Assembly: GCA_013239625.1 (NCBI GenBank)
Contig: MU053379.1
Location: 1,170,974-1,234,973 of the forward strand
Origin: Lama guanicoe
Lineage: Eukaryota
Direction of reading: 5' to 3'
DNA: 64,000 nucleotides
The translations under genes and the position numbers were made by a program. Below are positions 1 to 13,729 of this stretch, piece by piece (the stretch's first letter is position 1; each line of letters opens with the position of its first letter). The notes beneath the pieces are model-generated. The model ran no database searches. It saw only the letters and a list, made by a program, of their open reading frames with translations, and had not been told where the DNA came from.

Positions 1-129
1 ACATTTTCCAGAGTTCCAACAGTTGATTCTGATAGCTTTTGCTCATTTTTTCAGCATTTCTCTGGAGAGACAGGCCTTTGTTGCTGTCTGCTCTGCCATT
101 TCCACTGACGTCATTGCCCTTGGCTTCAA

Positions 130-270
130 CCTTGTGAGAGATCTTCATCCAAAGCCATCCAGCGAAGCCACTCCCAAACTCACGACCCACAGAAACTGTG
201 AGATAATGTATTTAGTATTTTAAGCCAAGTTTTACAGTAATTTGCTACACTGCAATAGATAACTAATGCA
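130..270 (+). mobile_element. MLT1 (MaLR) LTR 3' fragment
   Basis: cccacagaaactgtgagataat...ttttaagcca...gcaatagataactaatgca, a typical MLT1 3' end. Confidence 0.6.
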
Positions 271-973
271 AGATTATACCCCATGACCACGTGAGGTTTT
301 TCCTAGGAATGCAAGGATGGTTTCACCTTTGAAAAGAAATTAATGTAAAACGTCATATCAATAGAATAAAGGAAAAAACATATAATCATCTCAGTAGGTG
401 CAGCAAAAGCATTTAGCATTTGATAAAACCCATTCATTGAAAAAATAAAACAGAAAACAAAAACTCAACAAACTAGGGAAAAAACCTCAGCCTGATGCAG
501 GGCATCTTTGGAAAGCCTATAGCTGACATCACACTTTACGGTGATAGACTGGCTGAGTTCCATGTAAGAGTACTAACATGGTAAAGACTTCCCTACTTAC
601 CTCTTCTAGTAGAGGTTATACTGGAATTTCTAGCCAGTACAATAAATCAAGAAAAAGAAATTAAAGGCATATAATTAGGATGGAAGAAGTAAAACTACCT
701 TATGTTGCAAATTACATGATCTTGTAGGTAGAAAATCCTAAGAAATCTACCCCAAAATGAGGATAATTAAGTTTAGCAAGATCTCGGGGCACAAGAATCA
801 ATAAAGAAAAGTTCATAGTGTCTTTATATACTAGCAATGAATAATCCAAGAATGAACTTATGAAATAATTGCATTCACAATGGCATAAAAAGAGTAAAAT
901 ACTTATGAAAAAAATTAGCAGAAGTACAGGGCTATTCTATTGAAAAACTACAAAACACCACTAGGAGAAATTC
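271..973 (+). mobile_element. Old L1 ORF2 (RT region) fragment
   Basis: ggaatgcaaggatggttt, atcatctcagtaggtgcag, aaatcaagaaaaagaaattaaaggcat; decayed. Confidence 0.8.
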
Positions 974-1254
974 TATTTCTCAGGTGAGTTTCATGTAGGC
1001 AGAATATAGTTGTGTCTTGCTTCTTTATCCCGTCAGAGAATCTCTGTTCATTAAAGTTGGAAACTTAAGAGCATCTGTGTTTAATGTGATCGCCTATATC
1101 ACTTGGTTTAAATGTACCATCTTGATATTTTTTATTCCATCTGTTCAGTTTCCTCTTTTCCTTCTTTGGATTGAGTACTTTTATGAGTCCATTTTATCTC
1201 CTTTGTTGATTTGTTGTATCTGGTTTTTATCATTTGGTTTAGGGGGATGGCATA

Positions 1255-1466
1255 CAGTTGACTCTTGAACAACATGGGTTTGGACTTCATAGGTCCACTT
1301 ATACGCAGATTGTTTTCAATAAATATGTACTACAGTGCTACATAATCTGCAGCTGAAACCGTGGATATGGAACTATGAATACGGAGGGCCAACTATAAAG
1401 TTATATGCAGATTTTAAACTGTGCAGGGGTCAGCACCCAGATCCCATGTTGTCCAAGGGTCAACTG
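1255..1466 (+). mobile_element. Tigger2-family MITE
   Basis: 24-bp TIRs CAGTTGACTCTTGAACAACATGGG (1255-1278) / CCCATGTTGTCCAAGGGTCAACTG (1443-1466), with TA on the left flank. Confidence 0.85.
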
Positions 1467-1854
1467 TCTATCTTTACCTGTAACAATCTACCCTTAAGTA
1501 ATACTACACCGTTGCATGTATAATATTAGAACCATAAAACTTCATACGTCCACTTCCTCCTCCCATCTTTGTGGTGATGTTTTCATGCCTTTGCTTGTTA
1601 ACTTTATTAAAACCACAGTACATTTTTATTATTTTTGCTCTAAGCAGTTCAATTTTTTCTTTTAAGGATATTAGAAATAAGGAAACTGTATTTCATATTT
1701 ACTTGATTAAGTACCATTTACTGTGTTTTTCATTCTTTTTGTAGATCCAGTTTTCATCTGATACATCTTTGTTTAAATATTCCTTACAGTACAAGGTCTG
1801 CTAGTGATTTCTTTCAGCTTTTGTATGCTGAGAAAGTATTTTGCCTTCATTTTT

Positions 1855-2007
1855 TTTAATTAAAAACATGTTTACGATTTACCTCATTTTGCGGGGGGAG
1901 AGGTAGTTAGGTGTACTCATTTATTTTTAGAGCAGGTTCTGGGAATTGAACCCCGCACCTTGTGTATGCTGAGGATGCCTCTACCACTGAGCTATACCCC
2001 CCCACTC
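1855..2007 (-). mobile_element. Camelid tRNA-derived SINE (Vic-1-like)
   Basis: Reverse complement has GGGTATAGCTCAGTGGTAGAG (A box) and GGTTCAATTCC (B box). TSD TGCCTTCATTTTT at 1842-1854 and 2008-2020. Confidence 0.85.
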
Positions 2008-3166
2008 TGCCTTCATTTTTGAAAGATATTTTTGTTAGATATAGAATTCTAGATCGAGAATTTTTTTCTTTCCACATTTCAAAGATGCTCCTTCACTGCC
2101 TTCTGTCTTGTATTATTTCCTGAGGGCTTTCATTTGCACACTTGTTTCTCTATTCATACTGTTTTTTTTCCCCGCGGCTCTTTTTAACTCTTCTTGTTAT
2201 GATCACTTTTAAACAGTTTGATCATGTTGTGCCTCGGAGGTGTTTTCTCCGTAGTTCTTGATCTTGGAGTTTGCTTAACTTCTTAGATCTGCGGATTTAC
2301 GGTTTGTATTGACCTTGAAAAACATTTCAGCCATTTTTTCTTCAACTAGCTTTTCTGGTCCCTCTTTTGTTTTAATTATCTTCCTACATCTTCAGAGATT
2401 TCTATCACATATATATTTGTTTGAAGTCATTCCACAGCCAACTGATGCTCCATTCCTGTTCCATTTTTTCCCCCGGTGTGTCTTATTTTGGATAGTTTAT
2501 AAACCTGTGTCTTCAAGATTGCAAATCATTTCTTCAGCAATGTCAAACCTTCTGTCAGTCCTACCCAGCGTATTTTTCATTTCAGACATTGTGATTTTTC
2601 TTCTCTAGACATTCAGTTTGCGCCATTTCATACACAGAATTAAGGGCTCCCCTTTTCCACCTCACTCTAGTTCTGAATTCTACATTAAGAGGACTCTCTT
2701 TCCAGCTTTTTTTTTTTTCACCTGAAAAATAGTGTTTTTCCTCAGAATTTTAGATTCCCACACCACTTTGTAGCTCTGTGACTGGGTTACTGTCCTCAGG
2801 GCTAAGCCATGAAAGAGAAAAAGGGAAGTGGTAATTTCTTCCATGCTCTTTGGACAACAGGCATTCCTTTTCATGGATGCTTTGGTCCTAAAGATGGAAT
2901 TTCTGTTTTGTTTTATCCACTCACAAAATCACCGTGTATCTTTATAACACTGTTTTTGATTATTTTAAGAGTACTTAAGTAGGTTTTTTGGTGGTTTGTT
3001 TTTGTGTGTGTGTTTGTGTGTGTGCAGAAGTTTTGGTTGGAGTCACTGAATGAGATAGACTGTAGTGAGTTTACTCCATCTTAGGCAAAATTGGCAGACT
3101 AATTGTTTCAACCTATTTGTGTCTCTGAATCTTCCATGTTTTTCTTGCAGAAAGCATAAAGTCAGG

Positions 3167-3208
3167 TTTTTCTTTTCTTTTCTTCTTTTCTTTTCTTTTC
3201 TTTCCTTT
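3167..3208. repeat. (TTTTC)n microsatellite
   Basis: Direct tandem pentamer. Confidence 0.85.
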
Positions 3209-3234
3209 TCAATTCAGTCTGACAATTTTTGTCT

Positions 3235-3385
3235 TTAGTTTTGTTTGTTTGTTTGTTTTTTGTTTGGGGGTGTGATTAGGTTTATTTATTTATTCATTCA
3301 TTTATTTAATTTTTTAATTTAACAGAGGTACTGGGGATGGAGCCCATGACCTCATGCACTCTACCTCTGAGCTATACCTTCCACC
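3235..3385 (-). mobile_element. Vic-1-like SINE with internal deletion
   Basis: ctctacctctgagctatacc and gaggtactgggga motifs, with an (ATTT)n/(GTTT)n tail. Confidence 0.75.
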
Positions 3386-3809
3386 CTTGTTTTTTGTTTA
3401 GAATATTTAGTTTATACTTCAGAAAGTTACTCATATGTTGGTTTACAACTGCTTTTTCCTTTTTGTGTGTATCATGTCTTTTTTGTTCCTCTCTTCCTCC
3501 ATTACCACTTTACTTTGTGTTGAACAAATATTTAGTGTGTCATTTTAAGTACTCTGTTGCTCTTCTAGCCTTTTTTAAAAGCTTTTTTTCCACTGGCTGC
3601 TCTAGGTATTATAATATACATTTTAACTTACTATAATAATATATAATTTTGGAAGTTAATACTGACTTAATTCTGGTAAAATATATCCATTTTACCCCAA
3701 TATAGGTCCATTCCCTCCCCTTCCCTATGGTATTGTCTTAAATATCACATCTCTATATCTTATACAACCACACACACCTACACAGTCTTTATTATCCATA
3801 CAATATTTT

Positions 3810-6800
3810 AACAACTTGAGCTAGTATGGTGCAGTTGTTGTAACTGTTGAACTTCTGCTGGTACATTTTTATTGACTAAAGTCCATAATTTACATTAATG
3901 CTCACTCTTCGTGTTGCACAGTATACAACTATAGGGTTTTGATAAATGCACAATGAAATGTATCCACCATTACAGTTTCAAAGAGAGTAGTTTCACAGCC
4001 TTAAAAATCACCTGTACCACCACCCTGTTCACCCCGACGCCCAACCCCAAATCTCTGGCAACAACTGACCTTCTCTTTCTAATTTTGCCTTTTCCAGAAT
4101 GTCGTATAGTTTGAATCATACAGTATGTAGCCTTCTCAGAGTGGTTTCTTTCACATAGCAATATGCATTTGTGGTTTCTTCATGCCTTGTTGTGGTTTGA
4201 TACTTCACTGATTTTTTTTAACATTTTTTATTGATTTATAATCATTTTACAATGTTGTGTCAAATCTCGTTGCTTTTTATCACTGACTGATAGGCCATCC
4301 CGTGGAGGGAGGTGTTCTATCACCTGCTGAAGGTCATCTTCGTTGCTTCCAAGGTTTTGATTATTTATAAATGTGGTATAAATTTTTGTGTGAACATATG
4401 TTTTCAGCTCATTTGGGTAAACACCTGGGAGTGGATGCTTGGATCACACAGTAAGAGTATGTTTAGTTTTATAAGAAATAGCCAGATTATCTCCCAAAGT
4501 GCCCGTCCCATTTTGCATTCCCAGCAGCAACTTTACGAGTTCCTCTTGCTCCACATCCTCACCAGCATATGGTGTTGTCAGTGCTTTAGATTTTGGCCGT
4601 TCTGTCAGGCTTGTAGGGGCATCTCACTGTTGTTTTAATTTACAACTCCCTAGTGATATATGCTGTCTAGCGTCTTTTCATATGCTTATTTTCAGCTGTA
4701 TTTCTTCCTTGATGAGATGTCTGTTCATATCTTTTGCCCATTTAAAAAATTGGGTTCTTTGTTTTCTTACTGTTGAGTTTTAAGAGGTCTTTGCATATTT
4801 TGGCTAACAGCCCTTTATTAGGGCTTTATGTTTTGCAAAGATTTTCTCAGCCTGTGACTTGTCTTTTCTTTCTCTTAACCGTGTCTTTTGCAGAGCCGTT
4901 TTTTATTTTAATGAAGTCCAGCTTACTAGCTGCTTCTTTCATAGATGGTGCTTTTGGTGTTGCATCTAAAAGCCATTGCCAGTCACTTAACACCCTTAGG
5001 TCTGCCTATGTTGTTGCAAATGGCAGAATTTCCTTCTTTTTATGGCCAAATAATATTCCACTATATATATGCCACATTTTCTTTCTCCATTCATCCATTG
5101 ATGGACACTTAAGGTTGTTTCCATGTCTTGGCTGTTGTGAATAATGCTGCAGTAAACATGGAAGTGTCTGTGTCTCTACAAGATCCTGTTTTCATTTCCT
5201 TTGGGTGTATACACAGAAGTGGGATGCTGGAATGATGTGGTAGCTCTATTTTTAACTTTTTGAGGAACCATCATACAGTTTTCCATAGCAGAAATGGTAG
5301 TGGCTGCACCAGTTTACATTCCCACCAACAGTGCACTATCCTTGTTTCACTGTCCAGTATTGAACCATCCTTGCATCTTGATAAATCCTATTTGATCGTG
5401 GTGAATGATACTTTTAATGTGCTGTTGGATTTGTTTTGCTAGTATTTTGCTGAGAACTTTAAAGTCTATATTCATCAGGAACATTGGCTTGTAGTTTTCT
5501 TTTCTTGTAGTGACCTTATCTGGCTTTGATATCAGGGTAATGCTGATCTCCTAAAATGAGTGTGAAAGTATTCCCTCCTCTTCAATTTTTGGAAGTTTGA
5601 GAACTACTAACATTAATTCTTCTTTAAAATGTTTGGTACAGTTCACCAGTGAAGCCCTCTGGTCCTAGAATTTTCTCTGTTGGGAGGTTGTTTTTTTATT
5701 ATTATTATTACTGATTTAACCTCCTTACTCATATTAATCTGTTCAGATTTTCTATTTCTTCATGATTCAGTCCTGGTTTATGCTTCTAGGAATATGCCAG
5801 TTTCTCGTAGGTGTCCAATTTGTGGTGCATGATTGCTTATAATAGTATCTTATAATCTTTTGCATTTCTGTGGTTGTCTGTTGTAATGTCTCTTCTTGCA
5901 TTTATAATTTTATTAATTGAGTACTCTCTTTTTCCTTGGTAAATCTAGCTAAAACTTTATCTTTCCAAAAAGCCAACTCTAATTTTCACTGATATTTTCT
6001 ATTGGTTTTCTATTCTTTATTTCATTTATTTCTGCTCTGATATTTGTTATCTCCTTCTGTCTGCTAACTTTGCTTCAGTTTGTTCTTTTTATAGTTCTCT
6101 GAGATGTAGTTAGGTTGTCTATTTGAGATCTTTCTTTTTTCTTAATATAAGCATTTATTATTGAAAACTTTTCCTATATCCCATATGTTTTGGTATGTTG
6201 TATTTCCCAATTTCATTTGTTTCTAGTTATTTTTGGATTTCTTCTTTTATCCATTGGTTGTTCAGGAATGTGTTGTTTAATTTCCACATATTTGTGAATT
6301 TGCCAGTTTTCTTCCTATTATTGATTTCTAGTTTTATACCATTGTGGTCAGAAAAGATACTTGGTATGATTTCAGTCTTTTAAAATGTGCTAAGACTTGT
6401 TTTGTCACCTGAAATATGATCCCTCCTGGGGAATGTTCCATGTGTGCTTGAGAAGACTGTGTATTCTGCCACTACTGAAAGGAACGTTCTCTATATGGCC
6501 GTTAGGTCCAAATGGGCTAAAGTATTTTTCAAGTTCAATGTTTCCATGTTGATTTTAAGTCTGGATGATCTATCCATTGTTGAATATGGGGTTCTGAAGT
6601 CCCTTGCTATTATTGTATTGTTACATATTTCTCCTTTCAGATCTGTTAGTATTTGCTTAATATACTGAGGTGCTCTGAGGTTGAGTGCATATAATTTACA
6701 ATTATTATATCCTTTTGATGAGCTGACTTCTTTATCATATAATGACCTGCTTTGTCTCTTGTTACAGTTTCTGACTTAAAGTCTATCTTGTCTGACATTA

Positions 6801-7280
6801 GTATAGCTACTTTTGCTCTCTTTTTGTTTCCATTTGTGTGGAATATCTTTTCCCATCTCCTTGCTTTGAGCTTATGTGTCTTTAAAGCTGAGGTGAGCTT
6901 CTTACAGGCAGCATATAGTTGAGTCCTGCTTTTTAAAAAAAATTTTCGTTTAGCCACTCTATGCCTTTTGATTGGATAAATTAATTAATTTACACTTAAA
7001 GTAAGTATTGGTAAGTAAGGGCTTCCTAATGCAGTCTTATTCATTATTTTCTGGCTGTTTTGTAGTTCTTTTGTTCCTGAGCATCCCATCCTGGGGAATG
7101 GGATGTTGTAACAACATGAAGCAGTCCTTTCTGCTGTTTTGATGCAGTTACTCTCAGGCTTTTTGCTCCACTGTGTTGCTGAAGCTTCTTAAGTGGACTT
7201 CTGAGCCCTCCCAGCGCTGTTTTCATTCGTGGATATCTGTCTCATCATTGATCTTTGTTGGGGGGTGGAAGCTGGGGTCT
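3810..7280 (-). mobile_element. Composite antisense L1 block (3'UTR, ORF2 fragments, 5' end)
   Basis: ORF 6646..6957(-) is a decayed L1 endonuclease (WEKIFHTNGNKKRAKVAILMSDKIDFK). 3'UTR motifs at about 3850-4200; L1 5' end CAAGATGATGGAGTAGG on - at about 7270. Confidence 0.85.
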
Positions 7281-8515
7281 CCTACTCCATCATCTTGGTT
7301 ACCTATGCATATACTTTTAAAGAAAGAATATACTGACTGATTTATTCCACTAAATAAATTGCAGACAGGGATTTAATTTCAGATGAAATTATTCATTCAA
7401 TGTATATTTACATACATCTTATAGATTACTGTCTATAAGTAGAATAGAGAAGAAGAGATGGTTAGTGTGCAGGTACCAAAAAGCCTAAATCCTTACACAA
7501 GTTTGGTCCCTGACCTGCAGTGAATTAAGGTAAATGAGCTCATTGTGCTATGTTAGTACTTTTAGTGCTTATTTTATAGTGTCTATAAAAGGCTTAATTA
7601 AAAGCATTAAAGTAATTATGTTACTTATCCCTTCGTTCCTCTTTCTGTATCACTGTTAGGGCAGAATATCTTCCTCAAGCCATGATAAAAAATAAACTAA
7701 ATCTAGATTAAAATGCAAGATATGAAATACTCAAATAATTAGGTTTCAAACTTCAAATTTAAGATTTCATTCTCATCTTGGCATTTACTCGGGGAAGCAA
7801 CGAGATGCAGTTTAAAAATGGCTTTTGTGTACTGACCTCATTCTAAAGACGCTGTCCCATGTTGTCATCCAAACTTCTCTCTGGGAACTGGGGACTAATG
7901 CCCACACCAAGGCCACTGAAAGTCTTGTGTAAAGCAAACCAATGATCATTTTTAAGTGACCTCTGAGCAGCCCCCAGTTGTGCGAAAGCCTAGTCTATGT
8001 CTTCACAGTGCTTTAGAATGTGTGTATGTGTGTATAAATGTATGGTTATCTATTTATCTGTGTTTCTAGGGTGATGTTGAAGGCCAACAAAACTGGTGGA
8101 CAAGGTCAGTGAAAGAATATGAAGCAGTCTTTTTGGTGGCTATCAAAACAAATTTTAAAATATAAGGACATTTTTTAAAATGCCTTTACACAGAGACCTG
8201 CATTTGAATTCAAGCTTAGTCCCAACAACTAACTGGTGCCCTCAGCATGTTTCTTAACCCATTAATGTAAAGGCTTCTGTGGCTGGTCTGGGTTTTCCGT
8301 GCTGCTGTGTGTGAAGGTCTATCCCTGTGCATGGCTGGGCCGAGCACTGACTGGGAGACCCACTTACGTCCAGGCGTACTGAGGAGCAGCTTTCACCCCG
8401 GGGGTGAAACAGGGAGAACAGGCTGCGCGTGCACCAGCAAGGAGAGCCCTGCCCCCAGATCGGAGGAGTCCTGGCTTTCCCTGGACAGCACATCCGTTTT
8501 TGTGGGAGAAGCGTG

Positions 8516-8836
8516 TAGTCATCCCTCCGCACCCCTGGTTCCGCATCTGAGTATTCAACCAACAGTGGGGCAAACACATCCCCGCCCACACTCCAGGAAG
8601 TTCGAAAAAGTGAAACTTGGATCACATTGTACTGACACTATTTACAGAGCGTTTACATTCGAGTAGGTATTGTAAGTAATCTAGAGATGATTTAAAGTAC
8701 AAGGGAGGGTAGGATGTGAGTAGGTTATATGCAAACACTACATCATTTTATATAAGGGGCTTGAGCATCTACGTACGGATTTCGGTATCCCTGGGGGTCC
8801 TGGAACCAACCCTCTGCAGATACCGAGGGATGTCTG
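8516..8836. mobile_element. MER2-like Tigger MITE
   Basis: Ends tagtcatccctc...gagggatgtctg; internal gtaagtaatctagagatgatttaaagta and ggacttgagcatc-like motifs. Confidence 0.8.
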
Positions 8837-8839
8837 CAC

Positions 8840-9000
8840 TTTTATTTCCTTCACCTAGCCCTCAATTTCCTCATCAGTGGAACTGGTCTAACCACCCACG
8901 TCTGTCAGAATGACTGTGAGGAGTAAGTAAGACAGTGCCCGGCACAGGGTAGGTGATCGATCAGTGGGTCAATAAGTGACGAGCTCAAGCTTACCATCAT
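8840..9000 (+). mobile_element. MIR fragment
   Basis: cctcaatttcctcatcagtggaa...gtgaggagtaa...cagtgcccggcacagggtagg. Confidence 0.6.
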
Positions 9001-9224
9001 ATACTTTTATCAGGGACATATGGTGCGCCAGGGCCGGTTAAAGATGCTTGCCAGGTGCGCGCGCCCACAAGCTTTGGCGGGGGCTCGGTGTTCTCCCAGC
9101 AGGGGTCTTCTGACGTTGCTCTCGGTGGGGGGAGGGTGGGGTTTCAGCAGAGAGTGACCTTCTACAGCCGAGCTGCTACCACTGCGGACAGAAGAGAGCA
9201 GGAGCTGGATCTTGTAGACGGTCA

Positions 9225-9590
9225 ACGTGGTCGTTTTAAAATAAGTCCGCACATCTTCAAAGTGCCTCCCACATGAGGTAGACCTAGGCCCCTCCCTGCC
9301 CCTGTCCTTGGACATGGGCTGGACCTGGTGACTTGCTTCTAATAAACAGAACGTGGTACAAGTGATGGCTTGTCACTTTTGAGACCAGGTCATACAGCTT
9401 CCCCCTGGCTTGTTCGTAAGTGAACAAGTCTTTGGATGATTCCAGCCCCATAACTTCAAGTCTGATAAACCATCCTTTTGCGCCCTGAGTTCCTGTCCCC
9501 CAGAAACTGTGAGAAACAAGAAGTGATTACTGTTGCTTTAAGCCACCAAGGTTTGGTGTAACTGGGTACCCAGGAAAAGATAAGCAACGT
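9225..9590 (+). mobile_element. MLT1 LTR (old, partial)
   Basis: gtgacttgcttctaataaacagaa; cagaaactgtgagaaacaa...ttgctttaagccacc. Confidence 0.6.
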
Positions 9591-9753
9591 CGCCCATTTG
9601 TTGGGACGAGTTAGAGCATCTTACAGCAATGCCATGGTCAGACCTGCTCACTGTGTTTAGACACAGGCTGCAGATGACTGCCATCCATGGGTTTTCCAGA
9701 GGCCATCAAGGGGTCTAGATAAGAAAAGCATTTTTCAGTTTGGTAAAGTAAAG

Positions 9754-9935
9754 CAGTGATTCTCAACAGAGTACCATTCCCAGAGGGCCTTTTGGAAGTT
9801 TTTGGAAGTGTGGTTGGGGTGCAGCCAGGGACCCTAGAGAACGCAGCGGTGTGCAGGGCAGTCTTGCGGACTAAAGAGCCAGCTCACATCCCACTTAGCT
9901 TTCAAACGTTCTCTGCCTCCGTTGGACCTGACAAC
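9754..9935 (+). mobile_element. MER20-like hAT DNA transposon remnant
   Basis: Starts CAGTGATTCTCAAC; internal gccagggacc..tgcagggcagtc. Confidence 0.45.
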
Positions 9936-12900
9936 GTGAGGCCCTGAGAGGAGAGTGGAGGCTGGAGGGAGAGGTCAGGGTACTAACTCTTGGTTTCCTC
10001 CCCACCCAGCGATGAGTCCGCAGTGGCCAAGTCCCTCTGCCCCTCTGCAGCTCTGGTGGGGGACCCTCTCCTTCAGCTCCGCCATTCACTGGTTCCATCA
10101 ATTGCCCCCTCCCTTTGCAGCTACTGGAAGCTTTGCTAGCCCCTCGAGAGCCTCAGCCTTCCGTGATGGCTTCCCTAAGCCCGCCTTTGCCTTCACGGAA
10201 CATTCGTCGCTTCCTCCTTTGTGCGTTTCTGTTTCCTGCTGGGGTGCCTGCTGGTACTTCGTACACACACTCTTCCCCCTCTTTAGGAGTCTGTCTGTCC
10301 TAACAGGTCGTCCCTGCTCAGGTTAAGATTATTTCCCTATTTCTCTTATCGTATGGAAATAAGTATGTTCTATCTTACCTGAACACTAGTTTCTTTTAAT
10401 TCTATCCTCCACCCTTACCTCTTCTATTTTTTCTGTACTTCTCAGAATACCTCTGAACTTCTTGCTTACTTTTAAATCCAAACTTATTAATTATAAGTAG
10501 GTATAACTAACTTCCACATATAGGTGCAAATATTTGCCATTTTATTATGTTTTCTAGTACAGTCATGCTGGAGCAGCTACGTATTGAAATATCTATTACA
10601 TATTACTTCTTTATAAATTACTTTTCTTCTATTTCTTTTTGTTATGGTTTGATATATATGTGTATATATGGATATATGTATAAATGTGTGTATATATGTA
10701 TTATTTAATTGCATAGGTTTATTATCTGTGGATTTCATTTCGAGAGTAAAAGGGATTTACTTAATATTAATTGCAACAGGGACCTGACCACAGGGTCCCA
10801 CAGTGCTGGGCAGGTTTTAACAAAGTCTCCTCCGTGGCATTGGCCTTGACTCCCCCAGAGACTGCTTGAGCAGCCTGTAGGATTTTGTGGTCTTCCAGAG
10901 GACAGCAATCGATCAACCCACAAAAAGGACTCCCAAGTGCAGGAAGCTTTTGTTTGAGCCCCTCCCACCTCGAATTCTCCAGAAGCCTGGTGGGAATCCT
11001 GAAGCCCACCCCACCGCCTGGCCAGCTCGGAAGGTCCCAAGCTGCTGAGGTCAGAGTCTCCGAGGGCGGAAGTGGACGCTGCGGCATCCTTGGCCCATGC
11101 TTACTATCCTGTCTGCCACTTCCCAAGACAGTGGAAATGAGCACCCACCCTGGATGCCAGCTGCAGAGCCAAGGGCCCTCTGAAGCCGACTGCTGAACCC
11201 CAGAATGACCGCCCTGGGACACGCAGTGCCTTTTGGAGAGTACCAGGTTTTAAAGATAGCTATAAGGAAAATATAGCATTGTAGCACATTGTCCTACATG
11301 CCGACTGGTATTCTTAATTCTCTTACCCTTCTGTGTCCTCATTAAACACCCCACTGTGACCTCTTTAGAAAGCTGCTGGTTATGATGAAGCCAGACAGAG
11401 ACCGGGTACATGAGAGTGGATTTCACTAAAGCAGTTAGACTCCTGACTGCTGTCATCACCAGGGAGCCATAATTTCTACTCCCAAGGAGCCAAGAGTCCT
11501 CTGAGGACATGACCTCATTTATCTATACGACAAATGTATCCATAGGTGGGCTATTACCATCCCGATCATGCCCCAGGCAGTGAGGACCGTCTCACCATTA
11601 CCTGGAAAACTGGCCGTAAAGATGAGACTAGAAACGCAGTCCTGCCATTGTCACTTCTGTCCGGGACCTATCAGAGCTCGTTGCCACTGGCCACAAAGCA
11701 CCAAGGACATTTGCAAGGATGCATCAGCGCTCTGCCACCCATATTAAAAACAGCAATGTCAAACCTGAGGGGTCTGAAACACTCTTCAAAAGAGGAAACA
11801 AAAAAGATTCTAACACATCCCCAAAAGAAACCGTAGAAGATCTCTGGCTAACACACATGCCAAAAGCACTTGGGTCTTCCAAGGGTCACACTGTGAAAAT
11901 AACAGAAGAGAAAGAAAAGAAATATGAATAAAGAGATGGAATCAAGAAACATTCCTTTGAAGAGTATAGTGTACAGAAGGGAGGGGAGGTTTCTCTGGAG
12001 CCCATTGCGATCCTCGCACGAGAGGGAATCAAAAATAGAGAAATACGTCGATATAATTTGCCTTGACAAGACATCAGATTTTCCCCCGATTCACTGCAGT
12101 CTTCTTCCTATGTGGTGTACCATTCAGTGACAGCCAAGAATCTGAAGTATCCCGGGGTCTCCCCCTTACTGCCTGCACCCCCAGCACACGTCATGTACCC
12201 ATGACCCCATGTGGTCGACATAAATGTCTGCCCTTGAGCTGAAAGTCTCCCAGCCTACTGTGAGTAGGAGGCTTATTTCCAAAGTCAGAAGAGTTAGTTA
12301 ACTAAAACTATAGCAGAACACAGTTTTCAAATCAAACCGAAAGCACCTCTCTAATGCACTGAATTCAGAGTCTGGTTTCCACCTGGCGCGGTGGCACAGA
12401 GCTCCCCTGGCATGCCCCCCCGGACTTAGGGCCCCTTGTGCAGTGGGATGAGGCACCAGACCCGGCTTGGAGGGCTGGCGCTGCGCGGTGACCTGGGGGC
12501 CTTGCACCAACCCCAGGCCCTGGGCCTCAAGCCTTCGCTGTAAAGGAACAGGCCCAAACCGGAAGACTTCGGAAGCCCCTGTCTTGAGCTCCCACCTGCT
12601 AACACGTGAATTTGCTTGAGTAGACTTTACCCTTCTTTTGGCCACACCTGGAGTCAGCTTGTGTTCCCCCTTGACGGGCACCCCAGCATCTCCAGAGAAC
12701 TATCTGATCCGACAGAATGTCTGCACCGACGTGAACGTTTCTTGACTTCATCCCCGTCTGAGGCTGGGAACGCCTTGGCTACAGGAGCAGGGCTTCCCAC
12801 TTCGAGTCCCAGCAGCCCAGTAGGGACCCAGCGCACGGCTCAGCTGTCTACATGCTGTAGCGTGTTATTAAACTAATACAGACCTACAGCTAATGTATCA

Positions 12901-13202
12901 AACTCATATAAATGGATATACTAGTAGGAGATAAATATTTCTTAAATTAGTCTACTTAAATACTCGTAATCTAAGATGATCTTTTTGGTTTCTTAAGTAC
13001 AAAAATTCTGAAAAAGCCTGTTTCTCTGGAAAAAAAGAGATGAATTTGACATTTCATCCATGAATTTAAGCAGGCAAGATAATGAGGCCCATTCATATTT
13101 TATTTTCAGTAGAATTCAAAATACATCCTATAAGCAAGACTGATTTAGCTTTTGTAATATTTTTGAACAACGAATTGCAAGGAGATTAAAAAGTTCACCA
13201 TT

Positions 13203-13343
13203 GGGGGAGGGTAGAGCTCAGGGGTAGAGCGCATGCCTAGCGTGCACGAGGTCCTGGGTTCCATTGCCAGTACCTCCCTTTAAAGACATAAACAAACAAA
13301 CAAACCTAAAATTACCTTCCCCCATTAAAAAAAATTTTTTTTA
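13203..13343 (+). mobile_element. Vic-1-like SINE
   Basis: GGGGGAGGGTAGAGCTCAGGGGTAGAGCGCATGCCTAGCGTGCACGAGGTCCTGGGTTCC..., (AAAC)n tail, imperfect TSD gttcaccatt/gttcacaatt. Confidence 0.85.
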
Positions 13344-13729
13344 CGTTCACAATTAAATATCTGACCCCTTGCTGGGGCCCTTAAATCAATCCTAGAACTC
13401 TGAACTTTCAATTTGCTGATACAGTGATTTTTTTTTCTTCATGTCTGTCTTTCTAAAGATGATCACTCTATATTCAAGAACAAAGATCCTTTGATTTCAT
13501 TTTATAAAGCCGGAGTCCCACAGAACCCCGAGATGTCAACTGGACAGAACAGGAAAACATTCTGGCACAAGTTCTGATTTTACACAATCGGAGATTTCTA
13601 GCATTTGCACAACCAGTGGCCCACCAAGGCCACAGCGGTCCCCTCCCTTCTATCCTTGAAGCTCATCAGAAGTTGCTTAGCCCAACACGGAGTCACCTGA
13701 CCACCCTGTTGTTCTTATCTTTCCATTTC

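Larger units (their letters stand above)
974..3085 (-). mobile_element. Old L1 5' portion (ORF2 start, ORF1, 5'UTR), interrupted by a Tigger MITE and a SINE
   Basis: T-rich antisense L1 motifs such as gtaggcagaatatagttg, ttttgaaagatattttt..tatagaattctag and ttcagccattttttcttcaa. Confidence 0.65.

Noticed and set aside
8368..8480. Minus-strand exon-like segment (ARAACSPCFTPGVKA) reminiscent of the M1 aminopeptidase PCFD-P-K motif
   Set aside because: The key Asp is missing, the acceptor is weak and I found no further exons; probably chance.
11600..11895. Minus-strand exon-like segment with a strong acceptor (ttattttcacAG) and donor (CAG|GTAATG)
   Set aside because: All three frames contain stops and I recognise no homology; it cannot be distinguished from a random pseudo-exon without expression data.
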